A stretch of DNA of 64,000 nucleotides, taken from the NCBI GenBank assembly GCA_965203965.1, contig CBDBDR010000017.1, positions 1,216,001 through 1,280,000 of the forward strand. The letters run 5' to 3'. Shown piece after piece: positions 60,723 through 64,000 of this stretch (within the stretch, counting starts at the first letter, position 1; every line of letters starts with the position of its first letter). The position numbers and the translations under genes were made by a program. This stretch comes from Thermodesulfobacteriota bacterium. GTDB lineage: Bacteria > Desulfobacterota_D > UBA1144 > Nemesobacterales > JAJCZQ01. The notes under the pieces are model-generated. The model saw nothing but the letters and a program-made list of their open reading frames with translations. It was not told where the DNA came from and did no database searches.

Positions 60723-61778
60723 TTGATAATTAATTCAATACTGGGTCTTTTCTCAAATGATCTTGCAATTGATCTTGGAACGGCAAACACTTTGGTTTAC
60801 GTAGAAGGGAAAGGGGTGGTGGCTGATGAGCCTTCGGTAGTGGCAGTGCGGCAAGACTCCAAAGGAAAAAAAACAACTCTTGCCGTGGGCAAGGAAGCGT
60901 ATGAAATGGTTGGTAGAACTCCTGGTTCAATAGAGGTTGTGAGGCCTCTCAGAGATGGGGTAATTGCAGATTTTGAAATTGCTCAGAGAATGATTGAATA
61001 TTTTATCAAAAAATCCCATAACAACAGGGGAAATTTCTTGGGTTTGAGACCGAGAGTAGTTATCTCTGTTCCGATAGGTATAACAGAAGTTGAACAAAGA
61101 GCTGTGCAGGAATCGGCAGAAGCTGCAGGGGCAAGGGAAGTATTCCTGGTTGAAGAGACGATGTCTGCAGCGCTCGGCACAGGGATTGCCGTAACTGAAC
61201 CTGAGGGAAATATGGTAGTTGACATTGGCGGTGGCACAACGGGAGTTGCTGTTATTTCTCTTTCTGAAATAGTGATCAGCAGTTGTATCAAGGTTGGCGG
61301 AGATAAACTCAATGAGTCTATTATGCAATACATGAAGCAAAACCACAACATACTGATAGGTGAAAGGACGGCAGAGAATATCAAAAAGAAAGTTAGTACA
61401 CTCAATCTAAAAGAAAATGGTGACGGTGCTGTCAATTCATATCAGGTCAAGGGAAGGGATATAAGGTCAGGTGTGCCAGCTACAGTTGAGGTAACTTCGT
61501 ATGAAGTTAGGGAAGCAATGTCTGAATCTATCAAAATGATAGTGAATTCAATCAAGCAGACGCTTGAAAAAACTCCGCCTGAACTTGCTGGGGATATTCT
61601 TGATTCCGGGGTTATACTGGCAGGTGGCGGTGCTCTTATTGGTGGACTCTGTGATATTATAGAAAAAGAGATTGGGATACCCAGCAGTATTGCCGAAGAT
61701 CCTTTAAGGTGCGTTGTTTTGGGTTCAGGATATGCACTTGGAAGCATTGATCTGTTAAAGGGAGTAAGCATCAACTAA
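60723..61778 (+). CDS. mreB: Rod shape-determining protein MreB (TTG start)
   Basis: IDLGTANT, EPSVVA, DGVIADF, VDIGGGTT, TPPEL, LAGGGAL. Confidence 0.97.
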   Translation: MIINSILGLFSNDLAIDLGTANTLVYVEGKGVVADEPSVVAVRQDSKGKKTTLAVGKEAYEMVGRTPGSIEVVRPLRDGVIADFEIAQRMIEYFIKKSHNNRGNFLGLRPRVVISVPIGITEVEQRAVQESAEAAGAREVFLVEETMSAALGTGIAVTEPEGNMVVDIGGGTTGVAVISLSEIVISSCIKVGGDKLNESIMQYMKQNHNILIGERTAENIKKKVSTLNLKENGDGAVNSYQVKGRDIRSGVPATVEVTSYEVREAMSESIKMIVNSIKQTLEKTPPELAGDILDSGVILAGGGALIGGLCDIIEKEIGIPSSIAEDPLRCVVLGSGYALGSIDLLKGVSIN

Positions 61779-61795
61779 AAGCACAACGCGATAAC

Positions 61796-62593
61796 GTGAG
61801 ATTTATAAAAAGACACCCCTTTGTCATATCGTTCCTGCTCTTTTTTTCTACTGTCCTACTTTTCCCTTTTGTTTATAGATATGACAGGGAACCTGTTCCA
61901 ATCTCAAAGTGGGTTATGAAAGTTAACTCCTATCCATATTTGGCTATTAGCAGTGTCAAGTTATCAGTAAAGAATTTATTGGATGACTATGTAGTCCTCA
62001 AAGATAGTAATGAGGAAAATAAAACTTTAAGAGAAGAGAACAGCGGGCTCCGTACTGAATTATTGAGAATGCAGGAAATAGAGTTGCAAAACAAAAGATT
62101 GAGGAGCCTGATGAAATTTGCAGATAGAGACTCCCGTAAATATATTCCGGCGAACGTGATAGGAGGCAGTCCGTCTTTATTCCGTTCTGAATTTCTGGTT
62201 ATAGACAAGGGAGAGCATGACGGGATAAAAAAAGGGATGCCCGTAGCAACGCAAAAAGGTGTTGTAGGAAGAATTTTTTTTGTTAATGATACAAGTTCAA
62301 AGGTTATGCTTATTACCGATCCCGCTAGTGCCATTGATGCTATAGTTCAACGAACACGAGAGAGGGGAATAATCAAAGGCTCTAATGATGGTTGTATGTT
62401 GGAATATCTGAGAAGTGGGTCAGACGTCAGAGAGGGAGATATTGTGATAACTTCCGGCAAGGACAATTTTTATCCAAAAGGCATCCTAATTGGCAAAATT
62501 GAGAACGTGAGAGAGCAGGGGGGATTTTTTAAAGTCAGAATATCACCTGCGGTCTCGGTGCATTCTCTCGAAGAAGTGTTGGTAATTAAATAA
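61796..62593 (+). CDS. mreC: Rod shape-determining protein MreC
   Basis: TM, coiled coil EN--LR, IDKG--DGI--GMPV, GVVGRI, VITSG. Confidence 0.93.
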   Translation: MRFIKRHPFVISFLLFFSTVLLFPFVYRYDREPVPISKWVMKVNSYPYLAISSVKLSVKNLLDDYVVLKDSNEENKTLREENSGLRTELLRMQEIELQNKRLRSLMKFADRDSRKYIPANVIGGSPSLFRSEFLVIDKGEHDGIKKGMPVATQKGVVGRIFFVNDTSSKVMLITDPASAIDAIVQRTRERGIIKGSNDGCMLEYLRSGSDVREGDIVITSGKDNFYPKGILIGKIENVREQGGFFKVRISPAVSVHSLEEVLVIK

Positions 62594-63229
62594 CGGGGGT
62601 TATATACCCATTTACCCATGTAGGTTTAACTACTTACTATGGGTATGAATGAATTTACCCCACACTTCTACTCATAGTTAGGGTTGCTATTTTTGCTTGT
62701 TGTAGTTCAATAGAGATATTTTTTGTGTAATCAATTATATAGCCCCCGAACTTTCTAAAGCTACAACCGGAGCAGATAGATCTGATCATGGAGCAATACA
62801 AGTTGGAATAATTCTATTTTTATACAAAAATCAGTGAAAATTTTTATACTCTTTTTTTTGCAGATTGCACTCGATTTTTATACTGTTTCAAACAAAAAAA
62901 TATGCCTTATTTAACAGGTAAAAATTATACAAATTAAAACACTAAAAGATGCCGAAAAGCGCGGCTTATAAAAAATGCCATGCCAGAAAGAAGACGCACA
63001 GACCTTATTTTTAGAACTCGTCCCCAAAACAAACCTTACCCAATAGGGCTAACTCTGCCTTTAATGGGCGTTTGAACCTCATTAAACGCCTTGTTCAGAA
63101 CCTCTTTACAATAACTTCTTTCACCTGAACGAATTTAATTATTGTTTCCCTGTCATTACTAAAGTATGTATTCTAAAACAAGGTTGCTTTCTATACCCTC
63201 CCACAGAATACAGGGACGTTTTTAGATCA

Positions 63230-63721
63230 ATGAGTAAAACGCTAACACTTATATTGTTGCTGGTTATTACATTTGTTATTAACATAATACAAGTCAGTTT
63301 ATTTTTTCCTCTGTCAGTAGGCCACTATGCACCGGATATAAATCTCATTTTTATAATTTATCTTGCCATAAGTAAAAATCTACCCTTTAGGATAGTTATA
63401 GTTATACTCAATGGATATTTGATGGATCTAATGTCAGGGAATATGCTGGCGGTACATACTTTTTCAAGATTAAGTCTTTTTGTTATACTTGCAAGTATCG
63501 CAGATTATTTAGACTTTGATAGTATTATCATGAAGTTGTCCGTATTTTTTTGTGGCACAGCCTATTGTTGGTTTTTTCTCTACTCTATTGCTCTCATAAA
63601 GTCGGTTGATGGTTTTAATACTCACCTCTTTGTGATATTGACCCATGCGGCAGTTAACTCTCTTTTAGGTGTTTCAATTTCCCGTCCGTTATACATTATC
63701 AATGCAAAAACACAAAAATAA
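63230..63721 (+). CDS. mreD: Rod shape-determining protein MreD
   Basis: Hydrophobic, PDINLI, GYLMDLMSG; between mreC and PBP2. Confidence 0.8.
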   Translation: MSKTLTLILLLVITFVINIIQVSLFFPLSVGHYAPDINLIFIIYLAISKNLPFRIVIVILNGYLMDLMSGNMLAVHTFSRLSLFVILASIADYLDFDSIIMKLSVFFCGTAYCWFFLYSIALIKSVDGFNTHLFVILTHAAVNSLLGVSISRPLYIINAKTQK

Positions 63722-64000
63722 ATTTTTTGTCTTACTTATAGCGGTTGCAACTGTTTTTTGTGCACTGATACTGAAACTTGTGTATTTGCAATTGATAAGG
63801 GGTGAGGATTATGAAGATTTTTCAATCCAGAACCACGTGAGAATAATTAGTAAAGTTGCTCCAAGGGGGAGGATTATAGATAGAAACGGCGTGGTAATAG
63901 TTGAGAACAAACTCTCATTTAATGTGGAAATATTTCCTTATGAGGTTAGAGATATTGATTTTGTATCAGCGTCGCTTGCCTCTTATCTTGGTAAGCAGCA
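63702..64000 (+). CDS. mrdA: Penicillin-binding protein 2, 3'-truncated by window edge (absent from ORF track)
   Basis: Own translation: MQKHKNKFFVLLIAVA...LVYLQLIRGEDY...APRGRIIDRNG. Confidence 0.88.
   Translation, partial: MQKHKNKFFVLLIAVATVFCALILKLVYLQLIRGEDYEDFSIQNHVRIISKVAPRGRIIDRNGVVIVENKLSFNVEIFPYEVRDIDFVSASLASYLGKQ

Overview
AT-rich bacterial chromosomal window, mostly core genes from a Gram-negative organism; the gene set looks deltaproteobacterial (possibly Dadabacteria/Desulfobacterota-like, inferred and unverified). In order: 3' part of mutS; type II secretion operon gspCDEFGHIJK without gspL/M/N; groES-groEL behind a variant CIRCE; rplM-rpsI-ino1; tRNA-Glu(CTC); argH, mscS, mltA, uvrC; argB-argD-argF; TolC-family protein; acidic lipoprotein; purH; MCE protein; an accessory block at ~30.4-40.2 kb (exported ADC-fold protein, TrxR-like/membrane polyferredoxin fusion, YHS-like/zinc-ribbon partner, PiT/CysP transporter, APS reductase, SCO, PCuAC, VKOR-Trx, PAP2, glycosyltransferase); dapL, GT2, tRNA-Leu(CAG), MDR oxidoreductase, TetR, aminotransferase; pstSCAB-phoU, phoBR and a phosphate porin; a second porin; ygfZ; mreB-mreC-(636-bp gap)-mreD-mrdA. 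No CRISPR array, rRNA, transposase or integrase was seen. Best leads: (1) two perfect tandem DnaA boxes that supply the argD stop and argF start codons, inside a ~3.5-kb island of converging G/C skew; (2) 11-bp-periodic TTAACA Pho boxes at pstS and the porin that recur before the PAP2 phosphatase and glycosyltransferase, suggesting P-starvation lipid remodelling; (3) the permuted flavoprotein-polyferredoxin operon beside sulfate and copper genes; (4) the structured mreC-mreD gap. All calls come from reading motifs by eye; no searches were run.
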